Both the position numbers and the translations under genes were made by a program. The notes beneath the pieces were generated by a model. The model was given only the letters and a program-made list of their open reading frames with translations, searched no databases and was not told where the DNA came from. Positions 20,571 to 35,452 of a stretch of DNA of 64,000 nt are shown piece after piece; the stretch's first letter is position 1, and every line of letters begins with the position of its first letter. This stretch comes from Chrysomallon squamiferum (Eukaryota; Animalia; Mollusca): NCBI GenBank assembly GCA_012295275.1, contig CM022670.1:41540001-41604000 (forward strand), written 5' to 3'.

Positions 20571-21808
20571 TGTTGTTACGTACTACTGAAAACACAACAA
20601 TACTCACAATATAAACTTACAAATGCAAATCAAAGTTAAATATATATTTTTTTAAAATGACACACACACACATATATACATACATACATGGTTTCTCAAG
20701 ATTCTCTTGTATTTTTGTTAACAAGTTCAAACACTTAAGTATTTTGCTCTGATTCTAGTTAAAATGTTTAATAATTAAAACTTTGTCTCTTTGTTTTCTG
20801 TTTATGAAAAGGTGTACAGAAATGACTGTTTCTTGCTAGAAGGATTTCACTTGAAGACTTTGTTAGAATCATAGTTGATAGTGGCAGATAATTGATAAAT
20901 ATGTCCAAAACTCATGACAGAATATCAATTATTGTGTTCTAGTGAAGTTTTTAAAATCAAAACACAAATATTTTCTTATTAATAACTCACAGAAGTTTCT
21001 CATGCAGTAATGTTTTACTTTTGAATCATTTTTTAGTGAACAGAGAAAAAAACTGTAGCAAAGATTGAAGTCCCTGTTTATATCAGCTGTATGTTTTAAT
21101 TGTTTATTTGTATGAATCTTTTTATTATTACCGCTGATGAAATAGGAGTAGAAGATTGTTATCAACAATCCAATTATCTGTAGGGCATGAGCCAGTAATA
21201 TGATATCTAATTGGTTAGTTTTAGCCAATCATCTTCTTTGTACTGCAAAAGGTCTGTGAACTGGTCAACATAACGTTGCGAATGTTCTGTTTTTAGCTGT
21301 ACTCTTCACAAAACAATGAGATGTATTTTCATCCTACTCTGTCTCTATGGATTATTTCTCTTCCTGAACAAAACAGGAAAAGCAAATGTTTGCATCGACT
21401 AAGAACACACAAAGACTGAATTAAGAATAGATTTAACTAAGAAAAAATCATGTCATTCATTAGTCATAACACCCTCCAATCCTGCATTCTCCCCCAACTA
21501 ACTGAACATGTCATTTACTTCATTTGAAAGAATGTTGTTAACAACAATACTCCATACGTCATGCACTTCCTTCTAACAATAACTAAACTTGCTTTGACCT
21601 GTTTTTAAATTAAGTACTTACATCTACACACATATAGGAATGCCAACACACAAATAATCACATGTAGATGTATTCATGGAAACTGACAAACAGACAAATG
21701 TATTCACATACACATACACACACACAGAAAGTATTCATAGATATATACATACACTCACTTATTCAAATATTATGTATATATACACAAATGTATTCAAAGA
21801 CACACATG

Positions 21809-21868
<60 letters not shown>

Positions 21869-24800
21869 TACAAATGTGTTCATGGATATGATACATACAG
21901 AAACATTTTCACAGATACAAAAACACACATACAAATGTATATGAGGATATATACACATATTTACAAAGACATTTTCATATACACACAAACATTTACACAG
22001 ATATATTCATGGATAGACACACACATGCATATATTAATAGTCATACACACATGGATTGATAGGTAGACACACAAATACACATACATATTATTATTAACAG
22101 ATACACACACAAACACACATTCATATATTAATAGATAAACACATGCATTAATAGATAGATACACACAGATACATTTACAGTTTCATAGAAACATAAAAAG
22201 CATACACATGTATGGACATCTACATTTGCAGACATTTTATAGATATACAAAAAAACATACACAGACACACACACAGGCATATTCACAGACACAAAGTCAC
22301 ACACATATATAAATCCTGATTTAACAAAGGTGAAAAAGAATTCTGTATTTGCCAGTGATAAGCTGATTTGTTGTCATACATTTATTTATACAGAGTGAGA
22401 TGTTTAAAACTAACATTGTAGAAAACCCTCAGGCAAGTACAGTTTTGTACAACTGAGGCACTCTCACTGAACAAACTGTTATTGTTATATGTTTAATGTT
22501 TAGACATGACTGATGTTTGAAATATGTATGAGCCATATAATTAAACAACGTAAAATAGAGATTAAACATTAACAACAAATAAATGAATGAATAAATAAAA
22601 AGAACTAAATTGTTTATTTTCAGACAAGGCAGTATATTTTTGTTTAATCATAACTACAAACATTCTTAGTACAATTATAATATAACAAATAACTTGGTAT
22701 TGCACAAAAGGCATACATGAACCATAATATCTAATTATATATCTAATTTTATTATGACTTGAGATCATATGGTTTTTGTTGCAGCAGGATAATTATATTT
22801 GTAGCATTTTTAAAATTATAAACATACACTAAAATAAATAAAAACTTACAAAATTTTATGAAAAAATCTTGTATAGTTTAGAATGTTATAGTTTATTTAT
22901 TTAGATACAGTAAGACTGAAACAGTTGAAGCAAAATAGGATTGACTTACAAGTATGCATTTTAATGTTTACAAAGATATACAAATTTAGTATAAAATATA
23001 TGAAAATATAAAAAGTTAAAAAGTTAATGTATGAAACTATAGACATTAAAAACGTTAATATGAAAATACAGAAATAAAAAAAGCTAATATAAAAGTAATA
23101 AATCACTGATTTAAAGGTATTTTAAGACACTTTCTGTTTTACAGGGAGAAGCCAGCAGACTGTGGTGTGTGAGAGGACATCAGAGAAAACTGATAAATAA
23201 TTAGTGAGACAAATGCCAGTGTTAAGTGATTTGCTTTTTACAGTCAACATTAACACGTTTAATGACACATTTCAGTACACGCTGCTGACACATCTTAGAC
23301 TTGTTCTGTTAACAGCAGAACAATTAAATGAACAATGAAAAAACATATATCAGTTAGTTTTTCTTGTTATCAGTGGAAAGGCGTGTTTGAAATCTTCTTG
23401 CTGGATATTCTCACTAAGCTTTGCACATGACATGCATACTTGAAAAGCTCTCTGAAGGAAACATTAATTATTATAAATATGTTAATGATTAAACTTTAAT
23501 GTATAACTATAGTTACATAACCTCCATGGATTTTCAAATCTTTTTTATATTTCTACACATAAACCTTTGCTTAAAATAATAATAATAATAATAATAATAA
23601 AAATGAATAACAAAAATACTGGTAAAAATAATTATTTTAAAATAAAATATAATGGTATGTCTTTTTTTCAATACATCATTTCTGTTTCTGCAAGTATGTG
23701 TGTTTTTGTGCCTGTAACTTTTTTCTTATTCAGTTGATACACATCCATGTATGAACTGACAGTGAATAAGATATGGAGACTGCAAATTCTAACATTCCTC
23801 ATGGAAAGTTCATTTACTGTCACACTTTATTATAAGAAAATAAATTTAATATCTTAGAACAAACAAAGCTCTAGTTAAATATTTTATTATCATTATTTTT
23901 TTTTTCATCTTTGTTTAAACATATCATAACAATGTATTCATTTCATTTAAATTTGTCTTAATAGGTTATTCACTTTATTTAAATTTGTCTTAATAATCTA
24001 TTCACTGTTAGACATTAAGTCAAGGATAAAAATTCACATAAAAAAGTTTTACATTTTTTTAATAAATAATCATAGAATACAATATAAAAATAATAATTAA
24101 AAAAAGCCCAAAAATAAAAATAAAAGAGACTTGAATAGCATAGAATAGCTATAAAACAACTTTACACATAAAAGTAACAAGAAACCAAAACTGATAATTT
24201 TATAATAAACTTCACATAAAAAGAAAATACACTATCACACAGTAGAACTGAATGACAGGAACAGACTTGAATGTAAATAACTGTACATGAAAAAGCAAAT
24301 AAATAATCACAAAATAAATCAGGCTGGACTTTAAATAGAATAGAAATAAATAAATGAAGTACATTTAAAAAAAAAAAAAAAAAAAAAGAAAAATAAAATA
24401 AAATGAAGATCAATGGGTAAAGTAAACTTTTTATGAAAAAAATAAAATAAAAATAAAAATAAAAATATAATAAAGCCAAATGATATGCATACTAACATGG
24501 CTATACATTAATTGATGAACTGAAGTCTTCTCTGGCAACACAAACAAACAAACAGCATGGTGCATTGAGAAGCTGGTAACCAAGTAATTATATGTGTATG
24601 AACACAAACATCTGCTAAATGATTCACTGAAAGTAACTGATCTATCTACAGGTACATCTGCAGAGAACAAAGGATAAAAGCCATTACGTTTTCCAGTACA
24701 ACAGTCAGACTCTGTAGACTGATAAACACACAGAGAGTAGATTAAGGGTGACACTGCACTTGGTAAACAAACACACCCTGAATCTGTCAACCAATGTTGT

Positions 24801-25674
24801 TTTATATTGCGTCAACAAAAGATTTTTCTTTGTAATTAAACTCATTTAATTCACACCATCATAATGAAAATGTCTCCCCTCCCCTGGTAAAAAGTGTGGA
24901 ACCCTCCCTGATTACAGCAGGAGTGTACACAGTTGTGACAACAAACATGATAACAGTTCAATAGTTAATGGCTACCTGGCAATCAGCCGCTCACATTAAA
25001 ACACAAATCAGTTTCCTTAGTCTGAGCTACAGCTTTGTGACAGAGGAAACTGGAAAGCAATAATTGTTGTACAAACAGTGGTTATTTGCAATTTAAAAAT
25101 ACCAAAGAAAATATAATAAAATAAATAAAACCTCAAACTAACAAGAAAACAAAACAAATCCAAGACAGTTGAAGTATTTCTATTTTTAAATTAATCCAGT
25201 AAAACTGAAGTCATTTACCAATATCATAAATAAAAACAAATAAAATAAATATTCACTTGGATTTGCTTCAGAAAGAAGATTATTCTTTATTAAAATCACA
25301 TTTGATACGTCTGTCTTCTGCATTCCTATCAGTTACAGACAGATAATGAATACAGGTGTATTTGTATATCACTGTGTTAGTCAGGTGATTTTGTTACAAA
25401 AAGAAGACTTGCAGCTGCCCAGGGCAACATATCATTTAGCAGGAAGGCCTGGGTTGGAAAAATAGCAAAGGAAAGGATTGATTCCGTGGGATTTTTTTAA
25501 TAACAAGATAAACCATTGTCCAGTCTTGTAGAGACAGAAAAAAATGTTTGAATTTACCAGTTTTAAACATGCCTCAATAGCAAATGTTATGATCATATTC
25601 AGTCTACATGTTAACATCAAAATCTTAGTTCTTTACATGAAAAAGTGAGGTTGGTATTAAAATGTAACAAGTAC

Positions 25675-25775
<101 letters not shown>

Positions 25776-27087
25776 TTTAAAAACAATATTTAAGTATTTT
25801 CTGCTGCTGTTATTTTGCTTTCAAACAATGACTGAAATGTGCAGGTCAATAAGCTGCCTGTAGGTTTATAACAATGTCAGCTAACAATTCTAAATAATTT
25901 GCGTAATGAAAGTAATGTGCTAAATTATCTGCTAATTAACTTTTAGTATGCAACATTAACACATTCACAATTCAGTGTACATGCTGTGATCAACAAACAC
26001 AACACAGTAAGGTCAACAAATAACATCACAAAACACATGAACACTTTACACATATTTACTTATACTCACTTATTTAACTTAGAGCATGCAGAGTCTAGGA
26101 AAACACTTTTTTAAAATGAAACACACACAAAGAGGATTGTCACACCTTTTAACAGATTTGAAACTTTTAGTCTTCACTTTGTAATAACATTTCTTTCATT
26201 AACAAAGTTTGCTATAACTACATTCACTACACATATAGTTGTTAAAGTTAATTATGACTTATAAATAGCTTAAATAAGAATAATTATTAGGAGATGATTA
26301 ATTTTCACGTATCAATTTTAATTATGTCATTATATAACAAAGTTTATACATATATATACACACATACATACTTACATATAAATGTTTAAAATAAAGAATA
26401 CATGCTTGAAGAAATCAATGACAAAATACATACATCAGGTGAGTTGTATTCACAGATAAAGATTTAATCCTGAATTATTAAACATGTTTAGTTTCAGTGT
26501 CACACACAAAGAAAACCTAGGTACTGTAAATGTAAACACATTTTCTAATGAAGTCAGATTTACCTGCACACAAAAAAATCAATTGGTAAGTTGCATTAAA
26601 CATTATTTGTGTCAAACCACTGGTAACTTCCCGAAAGGTAGATCTAACTTCCTCTGTAAGCTAAAACCATTTTCTAATAAAAACAAACGTGCTGAGTAGA
26701 AAACTGCCTAGTCCTGCATGCGTGTTCTAAATGACAATTTTAAACTGGCTTTAATAAAAATATCAATACACATTTAGGGCAACAAAAAAAAAAAAAAAAA
26801 AAAAAAATAACAGAAAAAAGAAAAAGTGATGACACTTATAAAATTAAGTCTATCATCTTTTAACCACTGTGTTGTAAAATCTATTATATCTCTGCTTGAC
26901 TCATTAGACAGTAATAATAATAATTAATCATTAAAGAAACATTAGTGAATGTATATGAATGATAAAGATTTTAGATTAAACATGCTCAAATTCTCCACAT
27001 AACAATTACCATTTTGCTGACATCAACAGTCAGTGTTTTGTTTGTGCTGTGATTTTGTTAGGCTGTATTCATTCTGCTTTATTCTAT

Positions 27088-27222
27088 CCATACACCCACC
27101 TCAGTATACATACACCCACCTTAGTATACATACACCCACCTCAATATACATACACCCACTACCTCAGTATACATACACCCACCTCAGTATACATACACTC
27201 ACTGCTTCAGTACCTCACCCAC
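27088..27222. repeat. ~20-bp tandem repeat, ~6 copies
   Basis: TATACATACACCCACCTCAG variants. Confidence 0.8.
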
Positions 27223-28473
27223 CTTTAAATCAAAATCTCTTTCCTTTACACATATTTAATCATTTTCAAGATATGTTTCTTTAGAAAAAGTTCAAGAACT
27301 CTCAAACTTTTATCATTTTATCAGCTCCTGCCCTGGCTTCATTTGCTATCCACCATTTAACGTTTTGTTCCACTTGAATTGTTTACAAAAAGGTTTAAAA
27401 ATAAAACACACCTTCTGATCAATATGAACCATTAACATATTTGATCAAACTTGTTTCTATTTGCAGAATCAGTCTCATAAAACCTTTTAGTTAAACCTGA
27501 CATTAAAATAAAACCAAATCAACCGTAATAATATTAAACAAAACTAAACGTACAATATATATTCACCTTGTAACTGCTTATCTGAACACTGGTTAACAAA
27601 TGAATAAAAAATAATTATGACAGACACTTTATACTTTGAACTGTATAACCCTCAAAAACTGTATCCATAATAAAACAACTGTTTAGAATAGATCACATAT
27701 GGTTATATAAAGAAGCCAGCAACGAAATTTTAATTTACAGGCATAAATAAAGAACTACAAAATTTGAAATTGTAATAGAAAACAGTTAATTTTAAAATAT
27801 AGCACAGAACACAATAGGGTTTTTAAATTTTTTTTAATATTATTTTTGCAGAAGACAATTTTCTTTCGTAAAATTTAACAGAAAATAAATAAAACCCTTT
27901 TATTAATAGTACTAATAAATGGAAAATAAAAACTAGAAAATAAATAATAAAAATATAAATACAAAAAAAAGAAATTTTGATTATTGCTTGTAGAAGCAGG
28001 TTTTAAGCATCATTTTTTAATTTGTATACAAGAAAAACAAAAATAGACAGTTTTTAAAACATTTATATAATGAACATTTTTGCTGTATCTACTTAATATA
28101 AATATTAAACACCGGAAATAAAATAAAATAAAATAAAATAAAATCAACTGAAATAAAATAAAATAAAATAAAATAAAATAAAATGAACCAATAAAAATCT
28201 AGGGCAGTAGAAATCAGTGGGAGCCTATCTCACTGTATATTATAGTTAGAAAGAAATGCTACATGTTCACTGGGGTGGAAAAAAAAAAATAAATCACACA
28301 CAGTAATCTCTTTTTGATGAAGTTTTTGGCCACTGTAAATATTATTGAAAATGAAATAAAAATACTACTAATAAAAAATAAAAAAATAACACTGAAGCAA
28401 CTAAAACACAAACACAAAAAAAAAAAAAAAAAAAAAAAATAAAAAAAAAAATATAAGAAAATAATAATATAAA

Positions 28474-28504
<31 letters not shown>

Positions 28505-28799
28505 TAATAATAATAACGAAATAAATAATATTAGTAATAAAAATAAAAGTAAGTGTTTATTACTGTAACAGTCTGGCATTTAACTTTTATTACTGATGAA
28601 ATTATTACAGGTTACATTACTATTACTGTTATTACCTTTTTCAAGTATAACTAATAATTTATAATCTATTTGAAATAGTTTGTAGTTGAGTATTTACTGA
28701 ACAGGTAGCTATAAATTTTGTTTTAAAAAAGATTAGATGAAATACATCACATGATTTCTAAAGCCATAAAAAGTATTAGATTTTATTATACATACATAC

Positions 28800-29135
28800 A
28801 TACATACATATAAAACTGAAATTAAATTACATAATTTTATTATTTATGGAGAACCAATGTCTAAAAGTACAACATAACACAAATGTACTGTTATAGAAGT
28901 AATGTGTTAATATTAAATTACAAAACTTTTACAGCTATAAAAACAGATTTTATTATTTATACAAAATTAATGTCTAAACTATAATGTAACACAAATGTAC
29001 TTTTATACATATAATGAATTTATATTAAATTACATAATTTCAATGGTTGTATAAAGAAATTTAAGTATATTATTATTTATACAGAACTAGTGTCTTAAAG
29101 CTTAATGAAACACAAATGTGCTGGTAATGAATTAA
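28800..29135. repeat. Degenerate ~110-120-bp tandem repeat, 3 copies
   Basis: TATTATTTAT...ATGTCTAAA...AACACAAATGTAC...TATTAAATTACA recurs three times. Confidence 0.6.
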
Positions 29136-29856
29136 CAAATGCCATGCTATATGCTGGGATTTTTTGTTATTTTTTTGTTTACCATTATCTTTTTTCTCTG
29201 TCATGTTACTTTGCCTACAGAGATTAGCAAAGAAAAAAAAAAAAAAAAATTAATAAAACCCGATCAGATATTTGATCTGCAAATCCTGTCTACTTGTTTT
29301 TCACATATCAAACACTGGTAGTTTATTTGAAACCACTGAGGCCAAGAACTGACATCATAAATTATCAAGGCAATGTTGATGATGACAAACTGCCAAGTAA
29401 TTTAATGTAATTAAAGCAGCATTCGCTATTAAACTGGTAATCTGAATTTGCATTTCAAATGAATGACACAGTGGAAATTTGTTTTCTTTAATGATATCTC
29501 TGTTATTGGATCCGGAGTTTTTACAGCGTAGTGTTTTTACAGAAAAAAACAACAACTACATCAAACAGCTTTCCATCATCAGTGTTTTGAAGTGAACACT
29601 GTCATCGGTCAAAAGGACATAAAATAGATCTGGTTTTTTTGCGGAAATTATTTTATTTAATTTTGGGGGGAACTTGGGGATAACTGAGAATTACTCAAAT
29701 GAGGACACTTAAAAGGGTAGATCCTCTAATCAAATTGTTAAATAATAATGCAAACAAAAGAATTTAGCCTTTTCCATTTTAAACAATAGGAATATGTGAA
29801 GAATTTTTTTTAAAAAAATATGTAAATATAACTATAATAGGATATAACAGTATAGG

Positions 29857-29890
<34 letters not shown>

Positions 29891-31434
29891 GGGTAAAATA
29901 AATATTTTAAATATAAATAAAATTTAAAAAATTAGAAAATAATAGAAAGATGTGTATTTGACTAACAAAACTGTAAATTAATTGATGAATACAAACAAAT
30001 GAACAACATGATGCATTCTGAAGCTTGTAACAAAGTATCAGCATCAAATTAATGTGTTTTTCTACTATTTTAAATGTTAAAGAAAAAAAGAATAAAAAAG
30101 AATAAAAATAAAGAAAATGGAAACAAACACCAAATAACAAAAACAAAGATTATGTCTTACTTCAATAATTAATTATAATTTCATTTTTTTTTTTTTTTTA
30201 AACATTAATCTGTATTATTTCTGCTTGGCAACGTAATGCTTTTGAAAATAAATCTTTTCAAATTTAATTCAAAAGTGGTAATCAATTGCATTAACCACAA
30301 AATGACATTGATAAATCATTCATTGATTTTTTATTTTTTTTAAAACCTAGAATTAATGATATTGTTAAGTAATATAACTAGAATTTTATAAAAAAGAAAT
30401 ATTTAATATTTTTTTAAAGTCATAAATAAATACTATGAAAAAACAACAAAAAACAACAAGGAAAAAAAGCAACAAAATAAATAAATTTAAAAAAAGGAAA
30501 AAATAAAGAAAGAAAATGATAAGTTGATAAAACAATGTTCTGAAATTGAAGTAATGTTATATGAATAGATGTTATAAGCTGCTTCACTGACTGAGCTATG
30601 AACATTGTTACTTATCAATTTTTCTAATAAATAGCTGTTATTGCTAATATTTTATGCTTTAATAGTCAAATAAACCCAACAAATTATTTTGATATTAAAT
30701 TCAAAATTTATGCCTTAATGAGTAGAATCACTAATATATAAAATAAATTTTAAAACTAAAAATAAAACTAAATCAAATTTAAAGTTTCTTTCTGGGCTGT
30801 TCCATGTTGGATATACAAGGTTGTTGGCTTCTTCCCCCTTTTAATTCCTTATTTCACTCTCATTTTAATGACAGTGACAAATTTGAACACTTTCATGAAT
30901 AATAGGTAATGTTAGTCATGGTGCAGTATCACCTCTGGTTTAGTCATTTATTAAAATAATAAAATTTTGACATTACACTGCTGTCTAAAAACACAACAAC
31001 AGTTTTTAATATGTAGACAATAGTTGTGTTCACACAAAATGCAAATATGATATTTTATTATATTAATTATTATGTTCTCAAAAGTTACTGAAAATCTGGA
31101 AAGTAACCTAACGATTCCCAAATTATAACAATCAAATTTTGTTTAGAAAATAAATAATATGAAAATTGAATTCATACATAATTTTGTATTTAAGGAAAAC
31201 AATGTGTATGCAACAACTACTACAACAAAATAAATAAATAAATAAATAAAATCCCAAAACAACACAACTGACAATCATGACATAACATGCACTGTTTAGA
31301 CTTCAGTAGGCTAAGGACCAACTTAACTAAGCTAAGCAGCGGAAGTATTAAACAAGATTTTATCAAATTCAACGTCATATAACGACAGTAAGATGAAGTA
31401 ATGACGTTGTGAATCAAAAAATATTCATACGTAC

Positions 31435-31615
31435 CTACATTCTCTTAGTGATAAATGACACATCTTGATCTGTTATTAAAAAGCAAATCTACCAAGATAG
31501 GTATCCATCGCACAGTGTCAACATTTGTTCACCGACTGTCATGGACAGGAACTTCCACACTTGACGTCACCAATAGCAACGACTGTAGCGCAATCTAGTG
31601 CTAACTTCCGGATTA
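31435..31615 (-). promoter_or_regulatory. Probable NIM1K promoter and non-coding first exon
   Basis: Minus-strand donor TAG|GTACGT at 31435 and a local return of CpG. CRE TGACGTCA 31562-31569 overlaps RFX X-box GTCACC-AAT-AGCAAC 31566-31580. ETS ACTTCCGG 31604-31611. Confidence 0.55.
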
Positions 31616-34418
31616 GAGAAATATTCTAGACTTGATCAGTGTCAATTATAATAAGGGATATTCTTCATTTAATGCTCTATCCTTCTCATACTTGTTTCAG
31701 CATATTATCTGTTAAAATGTGTATACATTTTGTTATTTTTATATTCTTTCTTTTTACTTTTAAAAATATCTTGGACATTTCTTTTTCTGCTTATGTTTTA
31801 ATAACTTTGAATAAATTACAATGAATATTATATTTCATGCATTGGCAATAATTGTTTTGTTCATAATTGAAATACGTTTATATTCTTCCATTTCAGCATC
31901 TTCCGCAATCCAATAATAAATAAATAAATAAATAAAAAATAATAGCAACAACGATGATGATGATCATGGCATCACTATTTAGTTATACCGGTTATAGTTT
32001 AGTTTATTATGTTACGCAAGTTGGCGTAAAGAAGAAGAAGAAGAAGATGATGAAGAAGGAAAAACAAATTGTTTTTGTAACATTAGTAATTATGATTATG
32101 ATGAGCATCATATTAACGCAGAATTTAACAAATTGGTTTGACCTCAGTCTGTGATCTGGTTGCTACCAAACATTAGAAAATTGGTGTTAAGCAGAAAGTC
32201 AATATTGATACCGTGTATCTAGGTAGTAGGAGATTATGGACAACATAACGTTATCTTGTCATGTTATTGATTGGAACTCAGTCTATTATTAATCACGTGA
32301 CAAGATAATGCGTCGTCTGCTATGATTATGTATAATTGCAAATAAAGTTACAAAGAGAAAGCGCGTTTTAATACAAATGCAAGAATAGTTGAGGTAGTTT
32401 TCAAAAATTATAATTATGTTTAATGTAATAAATAAAATGGAGAAAAAGCAAACAAAGATAAATAAAATAAGGCCTGTTAAGTTACACTAGGTTACTTATA
32501 GTTATTATACTGACAGAAAGTATTTTATGTTGGTGTACGTTTTGTTGACAGCATTTTGTTAAAAAAAAAAAAAAAAAAAAAACAAAAAACAAAAAAAACA
32601 ATAAGCAACCAACAACAAAAAACCAAACAACCTAAAAAACAAAAACAAAAAAAAAAAAAAAAAAAAAAAAAAATAAAATAAAATAAAAAATAAAAATAAA
32701 AATAAAATAATAAATAACCAATAACAAGAAACAAGGACAACAACATAGCAACAAATTATGGATTTAAAATTGACTATGTAATTGTAGACAAAAGAAGTGC
32801 ATAATTGTATTGCATTGTTTATCCACTATTACATTCCTTATTACTTATAATTATTTTAGGATGAAATTGTTATTTTTTATAGTCTGATAGTAAATAAAAA
32901 GCCTTTAAAAAATCAAAACGTTTTATATTACTTATTAACTGTTATCAGTTATTTTATTTTTTGTTTTGATAAAATTGGAAATGAAGCTATATCAATCATT
33001 TCATTACTGACTTTTAAATTTTTTTTGAATTCCATTTTTAAGATGTATTTTATATGTTTGTTTATTCCATTATAGAATTTGTAGTTACGATTATAGAATT
33101 CTTAAATTAAAATATATTTGGGATAGACATAAAATAAACTGTATTAGTACATCAAATATTTGTTATGTCTTTAAAATTAAATTGTGCCAAATTTATTGTA
33201 GTTGTCTGCAATCTTAACTTTGGTCTTCCTCATTTTACTTATTGACTATTTCTTGTCCTACCCATTATATCATTTGTTATGTGCTTTTCTGTTTATTGGA
33301 AGATGTAGTAGGGTTTCACTGAAAATCAAATGTACCAGAACATACCTAGTCTTTGTATGTAAAAACCCAACAAAACTACAGGAACCCCCCCCAAACAAAC
33401 CCCAACAAAACAAAATAACAAACCAATCAGTCATTCAATAAATTGTAAATTGGCACATCCTTTTAGTAAAAGTTCTTTAAAAAATATAATTATACAGAAG
33501 AATTGGAAAACAAAAACTAATTTTAAAAAAAAAGCCACAATAAATGATGATTTTGAATTTGTGTTCATTAATTATTATTATTTATTATTAATTTTTATTA
33601 TTAAAACTTTTTTTTGTTGTTTTTTGTTGTTTGTAGCTGAATTATAACTGTGGTAACAACATATTACTGTAATAACATAAAGAAATCTATACAGTACAAA
33701 TTTCTGCTGGATAGTATTTCTGTTGTTTGTCAGACACGTTTCTTTTTTAAAGTTTTATATTACAAGTAATGTTTAAAAGTTTGCTGATGTAGCATCAGAG
33801 CAAATACTGCAAATGATGAGTTTTAATGCAAAACCAATAGCATCTGCTTAGGATGGCAACATACATAACAGAAAAAAGGAGTAAAACTAAAAAAAAACTA
33901 AATATTTCTTGTTAATCCTTATTATCTGTGTTTTGTAAAATATTCAAGATGACTGAGAGCTGGATTTATTGTTTACTTACCAGGTACCTGTCAGTTAATA
34001 ACAAATAACAGAGTTAAGTAAATTGATAACCCAAAACATTAAATATGATTTTCAGGTTAAATCAAAGAAACATAAAACAACAAATAAAAAAAATAAAAAT
34101 AAATAAAAATGTTCAGTCATAAATCACCCGTAAATACACAAAGACACATCTGTTTGGATTACTCAAATAACAATAAATTATAGCAATGTCATGTGGCAAA
34201 CAATTGCTAACAGCAACACATTCTACTGAATACATTTATTTTACCATAAATCAGTATTATATTTGTTTATGCTTCAGACAATGGCTGTAACATTTACACA
34301 AATAACCACACTGTATTGGTTCACATTATATAATATAAATGTAACCTTTTACTAATACAATATGATCACAATATCAGCATTATGTAGATTCATGTATCAA
34401 ACTAGACAGGTTCAAATA

Positions 34419-34457
<39 letters not shown>

Positions 34458-34729
34458 AAATTTTAACACTGACAGATATATAGGCACACATTATTATTAT
34501 TTTTGTGTATAAAGCCCAAAGGCATAAATACACATATATACAAACATCAAAATCATGCACACAATTATATGCACACACACACATATAAGGCATGTACATT
34601 TTGTCATATTATACCCAAACAATGATAAAACATCAACAATTTGCCTAATCATCAGATAAAATAATGTTCATTAACGTTTTCATGCAATTTGTTCTGTTGT
34701 CACAATTAATCATATTTGTACTATTCTTA

Positions 34730-35345
34730 CAATTAGTAATATTATGCTGTTTTCACAGTTAGTAATGTTTGTAGTTATCAGTTAGTAATATTTGTACTGT
34801 TTTGAAGTTACAAACTGTAACGATTTGTAATGTTTTGATATATGTAGTTACCAGTTAGTAATATTTGTGGTTTTCAGTTAGTAATGTTTGTAGTTATCAG
34901 TAATATTTATACCGTTATGAGTATATTTCTACTATTTTTGATTAGTAATATTTGTAGTTTTCAGTTAGTAATATTTGTAGTTATCAATTAGTAATATACC
35001 ATTATCAGTTAGTAATGTTTGTAGTTATTAGTTAGTAACATCTATACCATTATCAGTTAGTAATATTTGTATTTATTACTGATAGTAATAGTTCTACTTT
35101 TCAGTTATTAATGTTTGTAGTTATCAGTTAGTAATATTTTTACCATTATCATAGTTAGTTATTAATGTATTGTTGTTATCAGTTAGTAATATTTGTACCA
35201 TTATCAGTCAGTAATACTTGTACCATTATCAGTTAGTAATATTTGTACTGTTTTCACAGTTAGTAAAATTTGTAGTTTTCAAAGTTAGTAATATTTATAT
35301 CATTATCACAGCTAGTAATATTTTCACAATTGGTAATGTTTGTAA
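34730..35345. repeat. Degenerate ~24-26-bp minisatellite
   Basis: AGTTAGTAATATTTGTACCATTATC and AGTTAGTAATGTTTGTAGTTATC variants, roughly 24 copies. Confidence 0.85.
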
Positions 35346-35408
35346 TCTGAAATTGCAAATCTGTTTCATTAACTGAAACTGCTCATTTATTATCACCTCA
35401 ATCAAATT

Positions 35409-35452
<44 letters not shown>

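Noticed and set aside
32221-32240. AGGTAGTAGG resembles let-7
   Set aside because: Preceded by CT rather than TG, so the seed is broken. The 3' half does not match let-7 and it is not in the hairpin arm.
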